From sequence record SRR31156797_365: 53,698 nt of DNA, one strand, 5' to 3'. A program made the translations under genes and the position numbers. Of the stretch, positions 8,851 through 23,996 are shown in pieces; the stretch's first letter is position 1, and the number at the start of each line of letters is the position of its first letter. The notes under the pieces were generated by a model. That model searched no databases. It had not been told where the DNA came from and saw only the letters and a list, made by a program, of their open reading frames with translations.

Positions 8851-9531
8851 TTACACTTGGTCATCATCTGTGAAAAGGGCATTCTCTATGGCAAATTTTA
8901 CCAGGCCGGCTGTGTTTCTGGCTCCGGTTTTTTCGAGCAGATTGCGGCGATGCGCGTCAACAGTGCGTACGCTGATAAATAGTTTTTCGGCAATTTCGTA
9001 ATTGGTATATTCCTTAACAATGAGGTTTAACACATCTTTTTCACGCCTGGTCAGCGGTACAGGTTCGCCGGCGATTTTATCATTTCTGGTTTGCCGCTGC
9101 ACCATGTTTTGCATGATTGCATCTTTCACCTCATCGCTAAAATAATTGTGCCCTGAAGTGATAGACTCGAGGGCAGAAACCAACTCATCCTTACCTGAAT
9201 TTTTAAGGATATAACCCCCTGCACCTGCTTCTATCATTTTTTTTATATGCTCCTGCTCACTTGTCATCGTTAATACCAGGACTTTTGTGTCGGGGTGGTT
9301 TTCGCTAATGAGCCGGGTTGCATCAATACCGTTCATTACAGGCATATTGATATCCATGATCACCAGCCCCGGTTTGAGTTGTGCGACAAGTTTTAGAGCC
9401 TGTTCGCCGTTTTCAGCTTCACCTACAATTACATATTTTACTTCGTTTTGTAAAAGCGACCTTATGCCATCTCTAACAATTTGATGATCATCGGCAATTA
9501 CAATTGTAATATTTTCTTTTTCGGTGGTCAT
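8851..9531 (-). CDS. NarL/LuxR-family response regulator
   Basis: REC domain (ADDH, MDINMP, GYILK) plus LuxR HTH (LTRRE..IAEKLFIS.RTV..HR.NL..K). Confidence 0.93.
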   Translation of the reverse strand: MTTEKENITIVIADDHQIVRDGIRSLLQNEVKYVIVGEAENGEQALKLVAQLKPGLVIMDINMPVMNGIDATRLISENHPDTKVLVLTMTSEQEHIKKMIEAGAGGYILKNSGKDELVSALESITSGHNYFSDEVKDAIMQNMVQRQTRNDKIAGEPVPLTRREKDVLNLIVKEYTNYEIAEKLFISVRTVDAHRRNLLEKTGARNTAGLVKFAIENALFTDDDQV

Positions 9532-9533
9532 AA

Positions 9534-11978
9534 TTATATCGGTATAACAACGGTGATTGTGGTTCCCTTGCCCTGGGTGCTGTCAATATCGCAATATCCT
9601 GACATTGCTTTTGCCCTGTTGATAATGCTTTTTAAACCAATGCCTTTTTTTCCTGTATCTGCAACAAGTTTACTGAATCCTTTGCCGTTGTCCTCAAAAG
9701 TAAAAATAATTTCGTTGGAATGCAACATGAGCTGCACAAAAACATCGGTTGCCTCTGCATGTTTTATTACATTGGTGATGGCCTCCTGCGTGATCCTGTA
9801 AAGGTTAAGCTCAGTTTGGAGATCAAGCCTGACGTCTTCTCCAAGATTTTCGTAAAACCTGATCTTTAAATCTGTAGACTTCTCAATCTGGTTGAACAAT
9901 GAATTTAAGGAAAGGATGATACCATAATCCACGATTGCTTTTGGCATCAGGTTATGGGCAATGTTGCGGCTTTCTTCGATCGCTGATTTTAGAAATCTTA
10001 TCCCAACGCTAAATTTTTCCAGGTATTTATCACTCATTTTATCCGATTCTTCCATAACCGAATTCAGGTTCAGGCTCGCAGCCGTTAGGTGTTGGCCCAA
10101 TCCATCGTGCAGCTCTTTCGCCACACGCAACCGTTCGTTATCGGCACCTTCTATCAGCGACTGGATTACCATTTTTTCTGCATCTTTTATCTTTGTAAGG
10201 TCGTTGATCGCACCCAGTATTGCATCCTGTCCTTGAAGGCTGATCATGTCGAATTTTACCTCACAGGGAATAATTTCCCCGTTTTTGTTGGTTAGCTCAA
10301 CTTCATCGGTTACTGAATGATCTTTAATTTTTTTCATCAGTTTCCTTCCCGTAAATTCTTCCGGTTCTTTGAGGATTTCGGGGAATTTCATTTCAAATAA
10401 TGTGCTTTTTTCAAAACCCAGGAGGCTTTCCAGGGCCTGGTTTACATCACTGAAACCGAGGGTATCCGCATCGAAAATCAGCAGTGGTGCCGGGTTTGTT
10501 TCGAAAAGTAATCGGTAATGAATTTCCGATTCCTTAATTTTCTGCTGGCTGAGTATCTGTTCTGTGATGTTCTGTTGGCTTCCCCATGTGCGCAGCAACA
10601 TGCCGTTTTCAATAATTCCAACCACATTGTTTGAGATATAGAGATCATTTCCGTCTTTATCTGTTTCACGGGTTACATCGTTCATGATCCTGTACCCTGA
10701 TTTGATAAACCGGCGCAACAGCTCAATGTTTGCCGGATCATCATCACTGCCGTGCAAGGTTTTTTGGTCAGATCCAACCATTTCCTCTCCTGTTTCAAAC
10801 CCATACATTTTGGCAAAAGCATCGTTGCAGGTTCTGATATAACCGTTGTGGTAGAGCTGATCAATTTGTTCTTCCACCGGAAGTTCAAGAGACATGGGTT
10901 CATTCATTTCAAAAAGATAAATACCTTCACTTGAATAACTGATGAAACTACTATAGAGATTAACCAGGTTTTTGAGTTCTATTTCGAGGTCTTTTTTTTC
11001 GGTAATGTTCGTGACAGCCCCCACCATCCTAACAGCATCAGTTCCATCCCATTTTGCAACTCTTCCTTTAGCGCTGATCCATCTGTATGATCCATCATTG
11101 TGTAGCATCCTGATTTCGGCGGTAATTAAACCTTCCGATTTTTCAACAGGCTTACCAAAAGTTTCAACTAGTATAGCCATATCATCAGGATGTATTAATT
11201 GTGTGATTGTTTCTAGTTCAACCACATCATCATCTACATCCAATCCGAGGATTTCCTGCCAGCCTTCGTTTAAGATCAGCCGCCCATCTTTTACCCAAAA
11301 TTCCCAAAGCCCGATTTCTCCGCCATACATCGCCAGTTCGAGCCTTTGCTGGTTTTGAACCAACTCTTTTTCATAAGATTTATAAGCCGTAATATCTGTG
11401 GAAGCTCCTTCAAGCCTGATTATTTTACCTTCATCATCCCGCACAACAAGTATGGAGTCCTTCATGTAAACAATACTACCATCCCGATGGTATGCTTCCG
11501 ACTCGAAATCAATAAGCCGTTCACCATTTATGATTTTCTGTTCAAACTCATTGTGATATTTTCTTTTGAAATCTTCAGGAACCAAATCATAGAAATTTTT
11601 TCCGATCATCTCATCCGGCGCATAACCTAAAATATCCTGAGAGGCATCATTGATTTGTAGTATTATTCCGTGTGGATCCGTATGCCAAATGAGATCATGG
11701 GTAAGATTTACCACCTTATTAAACCGATCCTCAGTCTTCAACAATTTATCTTTGAGCTTAACCACTTGTCTGATTTGTTGCTTCACCACAAAAAACAACA
11801 ACACTGTTGTAAACAAAATAAAAAACCAGCCTTTGTAGGTTTGCATTTGCTGTTCAACCTTGTTGGTGGGCGATAATTGATGAACAAACTGATCGGAAAG
11901 CAAAATCCAAAAAAAACCAAATATGAAATAGATAAGCGCGGTTCGGAGTGCGGGCTTTGTATGTTCAGATATTTTCAT
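9534..11978 (-). CDS. Multi-PAS sensor histidine kinase (HisKA_3/NarX type)
   Basis: Two N-terminal TM helices, about four PAS/PAC domains, ERLRVAKELHDGLGQ H-box, QEAITNVIKHA and DNGKGF/GIGL. Confidence 0.92.
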   Translation of the reverse strand: MKISEHTKPALRTALIYFIFGFFWILLSDQFVHQLSPTNKVEQQMQTYKGWFFILFTTVLLFFVVKQQIRQVVKLKDKLLKTEDRFNKVVNLTHDLIWHTDPHGIILQINDASQDILGYAPDEMIGKNFYDLVPEDFKRKYHNEFEQKIINGERLIDFESEAYHRDGSIVYMKDSILVVRDDEGKIIRLEGASTDITAYKSYEKELVQNQQRLELAMYGGEIGLWEFWVKDGRLILNEGWQEILGLDVDDDVVELETITQLIHPDDMAILVETFGKPVEKSEGLITAEIRMLHNDGSYRWISAKGRVAKWDGTDAVRMVGAVTNITEKKDLEIELKNLVNLYSSFISYSSEGIYLFEMNEPMSLELPVEEQIDQLYHNGYIRTCNDAFAKMYGFETGEEMVGSDQKTLHGSDDDPANIELLRRFIKSGYRIMNDVTRETDKDGNDLYISNNVVGIIENGMLLRTWGSQQNITEQILSQQKIKESEIHYRLLFETNPAPLLIFDADTLGFSDVNQALESLLGFEKSTLFEMKFPEILKEPEEFTGRKLMKKIKDHSVTDEVELTNKNGEIIPCEVKFDMISLQGQDAILGAINDLTKIKDAEKMVIQSLIEGADNERLRVAKELHDGLGQHLTAASLNLNSVMEESDKMSDKYLEKFSVGIRFLKSAIEESRNIAHNLMPKAIVDYGIILSLNSLFNQIEKSTDLKIRFYENLGEDVRLDLQTELNLYRITQEAITNVIKHAEATDVFVQLMLHSNEIIFTFEDNGKGFSKLVADTGKKGIGLKSIINRAKAMSGYCDIDSTQGKGTTITVVIPI

Positions 11979-12178
11979 GATTCACCCTATTTTGAATTGA
12001 TATATGAATAGGCTAATAAACAAAAATTTGGGGAATGAGAATCAAAAAACTGACAGAAAGCGGTCGGTGACAACAATATACACTGTGAGCTTGCGTATTG
12101 TTGATTTTCAACGAATCAAGCTATGCAGAAAAAAAGCATGAAGAAACACCAACTCAAATGCGTATCTCCGCTATAAAA

Positions 12179-14809
12179 CTACACAGATTTATTAAGCAGA
12201 TTTTTGATCTGGTTGAGTTTCATCAGGGCTTCAACCGGGGTGAGGGTGTTGATATCCGTATTAAGGATATCCTCTTTGATTTGTAACAAAAGCGGGTCAT
12301 CAAGCTGAATGAAACTGAGTTGGAAGTCATCCTTGTTAGAGCCTGACTTGAGATTTTTATTCAGTTCATCATGACTGTGGGTTTTTTCAAGGGTTTGCAA
12401 CAGGGCCCTGGCGTTTTCGATTACCGTGGCAGGCATCCCGGCCATCTTGGCTACATGAATCCCAAAGCTGTGCTCCGTTCCTCCTGACACCAACTTTCGT
12501 AGAAAAATCACTTTGTTATTGAGCTCTTTTACAGATACATGATAGTTTTTAATCCGCTTCATGGAAGAAGCCATTTCGTTGAGCTCATGATAGTGGGTTG
12601 CAAAAAGTACTTTTGGCCTGAAAACCGGGTGTTCGTGCAGATATTCAGCGATGGACCATGCAATGGAAATACCGTCGTAAGTGGATGTGCCGCGGCCGAT
12701 TTCGTCAAGGATGATCAGGCTTCGGTTTGAAATATTGTTGAGGATACTTGCGGTTTCGTTCATCTCAACCATAAAGGTTGACTCGCCCGACGAAATATTG
12801 TCAGACGCGCCAACACGGGTGAAGATTTTATCCACGAGGCCAATTTTAGCCGATTCCGCCGGGACATAGCTACCCATTTGAGCCAATAAAACGATCAGGG
12901 CTGTTTGCCTGAGCAGGGCCGATTTACCTGACATATTTGGCCCGGTAATGATGACAATCTGTTGCTTTTTTGTATCGAGAAAAACATCATTGGGAATGTA
13001 CTTTTCTCCCGGTGGCAACTGACTTTCAATAACTGCGTGCCTGCCTTTTTTGATATCAAGCACATAGCTGTCATCAATTTCCGGTTTAATATAATTGTTT
13101 GTGATTGCAGTTTGGGCAAACGATTGCATGCAGTCGAGCTGTGCCACAAGGTTTGCATCCAATTGTATGGGCTCAATGTATTCAGCGGTACTCAACACCA
13201 GGTCGTTGTAAAGCCCGGATTCGATGTCCAGGATTTTTTCTTCTGCGTTAAGGATTTTTTCTTCGTATTCTTTGAGCTCTTCGGTGATGTATCTTTCAGA
13301 GTTGACTAGTGTTTGGCGACGCTCCCAGGTTTCAGGAACCTTATCTTTATGCACATTGGTCACCTCAAGGTAATAGCCAAAAACGTTGTTAAATGCAATT
13401 TTCAAAGAGGGGATTCCGGTAGCTTCTATCTCCCTTTTCCTGATCTGTTCAAGGTACTCCTTGCCTGAATACATCAATTTGCGGATATCATCCAGCTCTG
13501 TTGAAACACCCTCACTGATTACGTTACCCTTGTTGACCATTGCAGGCGGCTCCTCCTGGAGTTCATTTTCGATTTTATCCCTGATCAACTGGCAGGGATT
13601 TAATTGATCGGCAATGGTTTTAAGTGGCCCTGATTGCGAGATGGCGCAGCTTTCCTTGATCTTTTCTACGGCAAAAAGCCCTCTCATCACCTGTTTCAGT
13701 TCCCGTGGATTTACGCGCCCCACAGCAACTTTCGAAATCAATCTTTCCAGGTCACCGATTGCTTTGATGTTTTGTGTCAGGATTTCAGTAATCTCGGGAT
13801 TGTTGATCAGGTAGTCGACCACAGCATGCCGCTCTTCGATGGTTTTCCTGATTTTGAGTGGCAAAGAAATCCATTTCCTGATCATCCGCGATCCCATGGG
13901 GGAAATGGTCTGGTCGATCACATCCATCAGGGTGGCTGCATTTTCGTTTGGCGAGTAGAGCAGTTCCAGGTTTCGGATGGTGAATTTATCCAGCCAAACA
14001 TGTTTTTCCTCTTCGATACGGGAGAGTTTACAGATGTGCCCAATCTGATCGTGATGCGTTTCGGCAAGGTAGTGCAATGCCGCTCCGGCCGCTATGTTGC
14101 CATGCTCCAGGTTCTCTACACCAAACCCCTTAAGCGAGGTTGTATTGAAATGCTTCAGCAGTGTTTCTCTTGAAAAATCTTCCGTGAAAACCCAATCGTC
14201 GAAGGTGGTGATGTAATATTTTTCGGTGAATTGATCGGTGAACTGTCGGCGTTTGCTCCGCTGGATGATCACCTCACTGGGATTAAAACTTTGCAGCAGT
14301 TTATCGATGTAGTCGTTCGAACCCTGGGTTACATAAAACTCGCCGGTAGAAACATCCAAAAAAGATATCCCGGTGTTTTTAGGAAGTAGGTGAATGCTGG
14401 CCAGGAAGTTGTTTTCCCTGTTTTCCAGCACTTTATCATTGTAGGAAACCCCGGGCGTGACCAACTCTGTAACACCGCGTTTCACAATTTTCTTGGTCAT
14501 TTTGGGATCTTCCAACTGATCGCAGATAGCCACACGTTGCCCTGCCCGTACTAATTTAGGAAGGTAGGTATCGAGAGAATGATGTGGGAATCCGGCCAAA
14601 TCAACGTAGGAGGCGGCGCCATTGGCCCTTTTGGTAAGCACGATCCCCAGGATATTGGCAGCTTTCACGGCATCGTCGCCAAAGGTTTCGTAAAAATCAC
14701 CAACCCTAAAAAGCAACAATGCGTCAGGATATTTGGCCTTGATGGCATTGTACTGCTTCATCAGGGGCGTAACCTTCGTATCTTTTGATTTTGTTTTTGC
14801 CAATTCCAT
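12179..14809 (-). CDS. mutS: DNA mismatch repair protein MutS
   Basis: [44 protein letters not shown] and ATHYHEL. Confidence 0.98.
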   Translation of the reverse strand: MELAKTKSKDTKVTPLMKQYNAIKAKYPDALLLFRVGDFYETFGDDAVKAANILGIVLTKRANGAASYVDLAGFPHHSLDTYLPKLVRAGQRVAICDQLEDPKMTKKIVKRGVTELVTPGVSYNDKVLENRENNFLASIHLLPKNTGISFLDVSTGEFYVTQGSNDYIDKLLQSFNPSEVIIQRSKRRQFTDQFTEKYYITTFDDWVFTEDFSRETLLKHFNTTSLKGFGVENLEHGNIAAGAALHYLAETHHDQIGHICKLSRIEEEKHVWLDKFTIRNLELLYSPNENAATLMDVIDQTISPMGSRMIRKWISLPLKIRKTIEERHAVVDYLINNPEITEILTQNIKAIGDLERLISKVAVGRVNPRELKQVMRGLFAVEKIKESCAISQSGPLKTIADQLNPCQLIRDKIENELQEEPPAMVNKGNVISEGVSTELDDIRKLMYSGKEYLEQIRKREIEATGIPSLKIAFNNVFGYYLEVTNVHKDKVPETWERRQTLVNSERYITEELKEYEEKILNAEEKILDIESGLYNDLVLSTAEYIEPIQLDANLVAQLDCMQSFAQTAITNNYIKPEIDDSYVLDIKKGRHAVIESQLPPGEKYIPNDVFLDTKKQQIVIITGPNMSGKSALLRQTALIVLLAQMGSYVPAESAKIGLVDKIFTRVGASDNISSGESTFMVEMNETASILNNISNRSLIILDEIGRGTSTYDGISIAWSIAEYLHEHPVFRPKVLFATHYHELNEMASSMKRIKNYHVSVKELNNKVIFLRKLVSGGTEHSFGIHVAKMAGMPATVIENARALLQTLEKTHSHDELNKNLKSGSNKDDFQLSFIQLDDPLLLQIKEDILNTDINTLTPVEALMKLNQIKNLLNKSV

Positions 14810-14820
14810 TGAAATTTCTG

Positions 14821-14828
14821 CAAAAATA
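14821..14828 (-). promoter_or_regulatory. -7 element (TATTTTTG) for mutS
   Basis: Exact TAnnTTTG match followed by CA, 12 nt upstream of the ATG. Confidence 0.55.
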
Positions 14829-14901
14829 ATCAGTAATTTCGGCGGTTAAAATGATGTGAATAACTCACTAAAAAATAGCCATTAGGACAGCAAAATTCAA
14901 T

Positions 14902-15450
14902 ATGCCAAAAAACAGAAAACTTAAAAACGAGGAACTTGGCCGACTTGCGGTAAATGATTTTAAAACTGCCGAAAAGCTTCCTTGTGTCGTCGTGCTCGAT
15001 AATGTGCGCAGCCTCAACAACATTGGCTCTGTTTTCCGCACTTCTGATGCCTTCAGATTGGAGGCCATTTACCTTTGTGGGATCACAGCCAAACCCCCGC
15101 ATCGCGAAATTCATAAAACTGCCCTTGGAGCTACTGAATCGGTAGACTGGAAATATTTTGATAAAACCACAGATGCCATTCGTGAATTAAAAGAACATGG
15201 ATACAGGATTTTTGCCATCGAACAAGCCGAAAAAAGCATAGAACCAGGCATGGTTTCCATTGAACCAAATGATAAAACCGCCATTGTGTTTGGGCATGAG
15301 GTTAAGGGAGTTAGCCAGGAAATTGTGGACATGTCGGAAACCTGTATTGAGATTCCGCAATACGGTACAAAACATTCGTTGAATGTATCTGTTAGTGTTG
15401 GTATATTGGTATGGGAGTTTTTTAATAAATACAAAAGGCTATTCAATTGA
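14902..15450 (+). CDS. TrmH/SpoU family RNA methyltransferase
   Basis: LDNVRSLNNIGSVFRTSDAF, FGHEVKGV and EIPQYGTKHSLNVSV. Confidence 0.92.
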   Translation: MPKNRKLKNEELGRLAVNDFKTAEKLPCVVVLDNVRSLNNIGSVFRTSDAFRLEAIYLCGITAKPPHREIHKTALGATESVDWKYFDKTTDAIRELKEHGYRIFAIEQAEKSIEPGMVSIEPNDKTAIVFGHEVKGVSQEIVDMSETCIEIPQYGTKHSLNVSVSVGILVWEFFNKYKRLFN

Positions 15451-15538
15451 GTATCATTTATATGAAAAATTTTGTAAAACCCAATCAATAATTCATTATT
15501 AGTTGTTAAAAATTATGCGTATTCAAACCGAAACACCT

Positions 15539-15546
15539 TATATTTG
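15539..15546 (+). promoter_or_regulatory. -7 element (TATATTTG) for the TPR lipoprotein
   Basis: Exact TAnnTTTG followed by CA, about 40 nt upstream of the ATG. Confidence 0.6.
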
Positions 15547-15587
15547 CACACTCAAAAACGGATATTAACAAATAAATTAGAGCTATT

Positions 15588-17438
15588 ATGACAAAGACAT
15601 CTATTTTTAAGATTGCAGGACTGATGCTTTTGGTTATTGCCTTTGCAGGTTGTAATAACCTGAAGAAAATGGCCAAAAACTATAATTCAGTTTCTTACGA
15701 GGTAACCCCGGAGGTACTCGAAACCAAAGGAGGCGTTGTAGAATTCACCGTTACCGGCAACATCCCTCCAAAGTATTTCAACAAAAAAGCAGCCGTGTTT
15801 TTCCAACCTGTTTTAAAATATGACGGACAGGATCTGGAACTTACACCAATGACGCTTATTGGCGAAAATGTTGAAGGCGAAGGCACAAGGGTTAATTACG
15901 AAAATGGTGGAACATTCACATATACCGAACAGTTTGATTTTGTTCCTGAAATGAGAGCATCCGAATTGATGGTAAACATGATTGCGTTTTTACCCAAAGA
16001 ACCGGTTGCACAGGGAATGACAATGGCTGATGCCATGAAAATGAAGAAGGCTGTTAACCTTGGCGAAGTAAAAATTGCCGATGGTGTGATTGCTACCTCA
16101 CTCAGAATGCTTGTTGCCGACGAGGTAATGGAGGCTTCTGAAGACGGTATGCAGGTTGAATCAAAGTTTGCTGTTAATATGCTGGAACTGGCTCCTCACG
16201 GGTATGAAAAAGTTACAATCGTGAGCGAAATGGCCACCATCTATTACCAGAAAAACCTCCACTATTTCAACAAAAACCTTGAATGGAACAAGAAAAAAGA
16301 TATGCCGGGACAACTTGATAACCTCAGCAATTTCGTTCGTAAAGGTTGGGAAATCAAGGACATCGAAATTGACGGTTGGGCATCACCTGAAGGTGAAGAA
16401 ACCTTCAACGAAGGCCTTTCAGAGAGAAGAGGCAATACAGCCAAAACCGTTGTTTACAGAAACCTGAAGAAACTTGTTCGCGAAGATGATTCAAAGGTAA
16501 AATTTGAAGACCCCGAAGATCTGAATTTGAAACTTGTTGGTCACGGACCAGACTGGAACGGGTTTATGGAAGCCGTAAAAGGTTCAAGTATTAAAGATAA
16601 GCAGCCCATTCTTAATGTTGTAAAATCGTCACGCCCTGAACAGCGCGAAGAAGAAATCAGGAATATGATCAACATTTATCCTGAACTGGAAGAATCAATC
16701 CTTCCATCTCTGCGTCGTGCAACCGTTATGGTTAACTGCTTCGAACCCAAGAAAACAGATGCTGAAATTGCAAGGCTTGCCACAACAAAACCAGGTGATC
16801 TCAACGAAAAAGAACTGCTTTATGCGGGAACTTTAACCGATGACTGGAATACGCAGTATAAGATTTACAAATCAGCCACAACTCAATTCCCGAATAGCTG
16901 GAAAGGGTTTAACAATGCAGCATATGTTGCACTCAAGCTTGGAAAAACTGATGAAGCTATCCAACATCTTGAAAAAGCACAAAACCTCAACAGCAACAAT
17001 GGTGCAATTGCCAACAACCTTGGTGTTGCTTACGCTGTTAAGGCAGAATATGCTCAGGCTGAGAAAAACTTCCTGAACGCCAACAAAATGGGTGTTGACA
17101 ATAATTATAACCTTGGGTTGATGGACCTGGAAAAAGGAAATTACAAATCTGCAATCAGCAAATTTGCCGGTGTAAAATGCAACTATCACGTAGCACTTGC
17201 ACAGGTAATGGTTGAAAATTATAAGCTTGCCGAGGAGCAACTTGAATGTGCCCGTAAGAATGCAGGTACATATTACCTGATGGCCATTGTTGGTGCCCGC
17301 ACCGATAACAAATCCATGGCAATGCAGAACCTTGAAAAAGCCATTAAAGCCGATGCAAAATATAAGAAATGTGCAACGGTCGACCGTGAATTTATCGACT
17401 ATTTCGGTGACAGTGAATACCAGGCTTTGATAAACTAA
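15588..17438 (+). CDS. Lipoprotein with OmpA-like domain and C-terminal TPR repeats
   Basis: Lipobox FAGC, GWASPEG...N.GLS.RR (OmpA_C-like) and several TPR-like repeats (AIANNLGVAYA). Confidence 0.75.
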   Translation: MTKTSIFKIAGLMLLVIAFAGCNNLKKMAKNYNSVSYEVTPEVLETKGGVVEFTVTGNIPPKYFNKKAAVFFQPVLKYDGQDLELTPMTLIGENVEGEGTRVNYENGGTFTYTEQFDFVPEMRASELMVNMIAFLPKEPVAQGMTMADAMKMKKAVNLGEVKIADGVIATSLRMLVADEVMEASEDGMQVESKFAVNMLELAPHGYEKVTIVSEMATIYYQKNLHYFNKNLEWNKKKDMPGQLDNLSNFVRKGWEIKDIEIDGWASPEGEETFNEGLSERRGNTAKTVVYRNLKKLVREDDSKVKFEDPEDLNLKLVGHGPDWNGFMEAVKGSSIKDKQPILNVVKSSRPEQREEEIRNMINIYPELEESILPSLRRATVMVNCFEPKKTDAEIARLATTKPGDLNEKELLYAGTLTDDWNTQYKIYKSATTQFPNSWKGFNNAAYVALKLGKTDEAIQHLEKAQNLNSNNGAIANNLGVAYAVKAEYAQAEKNFLNANKMGVDNNYNLGLMDLEKGNYKSAISKFAGVKCNYHVALAQVMVENYKLAEEQLECARKNAGTYYLMAIVGARTDNKSMAMQNLEKAIKADAKYKKCATVDREFIDYFGDSEYQALIN

Positions 17439-17457
17439 GCTAAGCCTCAAAATATAT

Positions 17458-17489
17458 AAAACCGGTAGCAGCAATGTTACCGGTTTTTT
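17458..17489 (+). terminator. Intrinsic terminator
   Basis: AAAACCGGTAGCA-GCAA-TGTTACCGGTTTTTT hairpin with U-tract. Confidence 0.85.
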
Positions 17490-17528
17490 ATTGCTGTTTT
17501 CTTTGCAATACGCCGAACACGAAAAGTT

Positions 17529-18077
17529 ATGAATATAGAAACCAAACGATTATCATTGGATGAAATAACATGGGATGACGTGGAAAACATCCACCAACTT
17601 CACGCTATATTTGAGGTAGATGAATTTAATACAGTTGGATTACCGAAAAACATTGAAGAAACCAGATTGAATATTAAGCCGTTTATTGAGGCCAGAAATA
17701 AAAAGCCTCAGAGCAAATATACCTGGAGTATCAAAACACGCCAAACAAATGAATTTATTGGAATGGCGGGGATAAGCCTTTCGAATGATAAATTCAGGAT
17801 TGGAGAGATTTTTTACAAATTTTTCCCTGATTTTTGGGGTAAAGGTTTTGCAACTGAAGTATCCAAAAAAATTATCGAATTTGGTTTTGAAACCTTAAAT
17901 CTACATCGGATAGAAGCTGGATTTGCTACGGAGAACGTAAGGTCCAAAAGCGTTTTGGAAAAAAGTGGTATGGAAAAGGAAGGCATTTTACGAAAAGTTT
18001 TACCAATTCGTGGTAAATGGATAGATAGCTGTATTTACTCGATCATTGAGGATGAATATCAGCATGGTAAGTCATGA
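17529..18077 (+). CDS. GNAT N-acetyltransferase (RimJ/RimL family)
   Basis: IETKRL, FWGKGFATE, LNLHRIEA, N.RS..VLEK.GM.KEG. Confidence 0.9.
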   Translation: MNIETKRLSLDEITWDDVENIHQLHAIFEVDEFNTVGLPKNIEETRLNIKPFIEARNKKPQSKYTWSIKTRQTNEFIGMAGISLSNDKFRIGEIFYKFFPDFWGKGFATEVSKKIIEFGFETLNLHRIEAGFATENVRSKSVLEKSGMEKEGILRKVLPIRGKWIDSCIYSIIEDEYQHGKS

Positions 18078-18093
18078 TCAGGTCAGTGGCCGG

Positions 18094-21927
<3,834 letters not shown>

Positions 21928-21949
21928 TTAAATGAAGAGATCAAATTAC

Positions 21950-23311
21950 TTAATATTCATCACCAATTCCAAAAACTGGTGGCCTTTTTATCCAGCGTCC
22001 ACCCGTAAAATCGGGAAAGTCCTGGGGTTCGCCACCGCTGGCAATCGATCGCTCCGAAAGCGGCGTTATCACGCTCCATGCCGCTGCATCATACACATCA
22101 AGTGGTGGGTTTATGCCTTGTTTTACGGATTCTACAAAAGCATTCAGCACAAAAAAGTCCATACCTCCGTGCCCTGAACCCACGGCCTGCTCTTCATGTT
22201 TTTTCCACAAGGGATGATCATATTTCTCGAGATATGGAACAGAATCTTCCCAGCGATGCGGACTGCTCACACCTTCGATGTAAATCTGGTTACCGTCCTT
22301 CATCCACAATCCTTTCGTTCCCTGCACCCTGAAACCAAGTGAATACGGCCTGGGCAAAGTAGTATCATGAATAACAATGACAGATTCTCCATTGGCGGTT
22401 GAAATTGTGGAAGTAACAATATCTCCCATTTTCCATTTCAGGTTGGCGTTGGGATGATCTTTTCCCCCATTCTCCACGATATAATCATGCAATCCCCGGG
22501 CTTTGGTAGAGGTTGATGTGAGGGAAACAAAGCGGTTTCCACGATTAATATCCAGGTAATTGGCAATTGGCCCAATGCCATGTGTAGGGTACACATCTCC
22601 ATCACGTTTCAGGTAATGTTCGGTTCGCCACTGGGCTTCGGAGTATGCATCCGGCCCAAACTTCAATCCGCCGCCATAGGGTTGTTCTCCATTGTTGAAA
22701 AGCACGTGCCTCAAATCATGCTGGTAACCGCAATGACAATGCACCAGTTCCCCAAAAATGCCCTGTATCACCATGTTGTGGATGGCCATGATATCCCGGC
22801 GATAGCATACGTTTTCCAGGATCATACAGGGAGCGCCTGTTTCCTCGTAAGTGTTCACCAAATCCCAGCAATCTTCAACGGTGTTTGCCGCCGAAACTTC
22901 CAGCCCGGCATATTTACCTGCCTTCATGGTATCGACAGCCATGTTAGGATGCCAAAGCCATGGTGTGGAAATGATCACGCCCTGAATGTCGCTACGTTGC
23001 AGCAAATCGCGATACGCATAATCGCTGCCTGTGTATACCTCGGGTTTCTTCCATCCACGTTTTTCGATCATCTTCAGTGAATTATTCAGCATGTGCTGCG
23101 AAATATCACAGATGGCCGGAATTTCCACATCATCGCGCTGCAGCAGGTTGTTCAAATGATTCTGGCCACGCAATCCAACGCCAATAAGCGCAATGCGCGT
23201 TTTTTCGGGCTTCAGCGGGTTGGAGAACACTACTGAAGGCGCCGCCATAATTCCCAGTCCGATCGCTGTAGTAGATTTAATGAAGTTTCTTCGTGTAACG
23301 TCTTTTTCCAT
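21950..23311 (-). CDS. Tat-exported Gfo/Idh/MocA oxidoreductase-fold glycosidase (GH109 alpha-N-acetylgalactosaminidase-like)
   Basis: TRRNFIK Tat signal, IGVGLRG, ENVCY, YQHDLR, YPTHG and GHGGMD. Confidence 0.85.
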   Translation of the reverse strand: MEKDVTRRNFIKSTTAIGLGIMAAPSVVFSNPLKPEKTRIALIGVGLRGQNHLNNLLQRDDVEIPAICDISQHMLNNSLKMIEKRGWKKPEVYTGSDYAYRDLLQRSDIQGVIISTPWLWHPNMAVDTMKAGKYAGLEVSAANTVEDCWDLVNTYEETGAPCMILENVCYRRDIMAIHNMVIQGIFGELVHCHCGYQHDLRHVLFNNGEQPYGGGLKFGPDAYSEAQWRTEHYLKRDGDVYPTHGIGPIANYLDINRGNRFVSLTSTSTKARGLHDYIVENGGKDHPNANLKWKMGDIVTSTISTANGESVIVIHDTTLPRPYSLGFRVQGTKGLWMKDGNQIYIEGVSSPHRWEDSVPYLEKYDHPLWKKHEEQAVGSGHGGMDFFVLNAFVESVKQGINPPLDVYDAAAWSVITPLSERSIASGGEPQDFPDFTGGRWIKRPPVFGIGDEY

Positions 23312-23313
23312 AG

Positions 23314-23952
23314 CTATGTGTTTATTGCTTTTTGAACGATTCGGGTTAAAGGTTGAAAAATGGTTTCAGCGATAATTTGGTTCCCTTCAGCATTGGGATG
23401 TACACCATCGGGCAGGTATTGCTCCACATTTTCACCATTACGCATCTTTTCCATCCATACTGAAAAATGATCAATCAATGGTAGCTGATACTTTGCTGCC
23501 AGACCACTTACTTTTTCCATATAGGTTTCCAGCAGAGCATTTTGGTTCGAACTCAATTCATCAAAAAGAAAGAGTGGTGTTGTGGTCATCATTACCGGCA
23601 GTATGTGCTTTTCGGTTGATCCGGAAATCATTGCATCGATTGCATTGGTAAATTGGAGAAGAGATACTGCAGGGTTTCCGGTCCCAAACGGATCGTACGA
23701 ATCATTGGCACCATACATTATAAGTACGATGTCAGGATTTTTTGCCAATACATGATGCGGAAACCGGTGAAGCCCTTGTGGTGCTGTTTCACCAGGAACC
23801 CCGGCATTGATCATTTCAATATGGAAGTGCGACTCCTGAAATTTTCTTTGTAGAATCGATGTCCAAACCCGGGATTCACCGGCTCCGCCATAAGTGCCTT
23901 CAGTGATTGAATCGCCAAAAGCAACAATTTTTATCAAATCATCACTGCCCAT
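23314..23952 (-). CDS. SGNH/GDSL hydrolase (esterase)
   Basis: Blocks FGDSIT, NAGVPG, GAND and DGVHPN. Confidence 0.9.
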   Translation of the reverse strand: MGSDDLIKIVAFGDSITEGTYGGAGESRVWTSILQRKFQESHFHIEMINAGVPGETAPQGLHRFPHHVLAKNPDIVLIMYGANDSYDPFGTGNPAVSLLQFTNAIDAMISGSTEKHILPVMMTTTPLFLFDELSSNQNALLETYMEKVSGLAAKYQLPLIDHFSVWMEKMRNGENVEQYLPDGVHPNAEGNQIIAETIFQPLTRIVQKAINT

Positions 23953-23996
23953 TCCGTTTTTTTTATCGTGAATTAAGCATATCAGACCATGACTGT

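Noticed and set aside
12087-12122. Imperfect hairpin AGCTTG...CAAGCT between mutS and the sensor kinase
   Set aside because: It is imperfect and has no clear U-tract on the coding strand, so it cannot be called as a terminator or ncRNA.
16872-17474. 200-aa minus-strand ORF, and other short ORFs overlapping confident genes
   Set aside because: They are antisense or out-of-frame shadows with no recognisable motifs.
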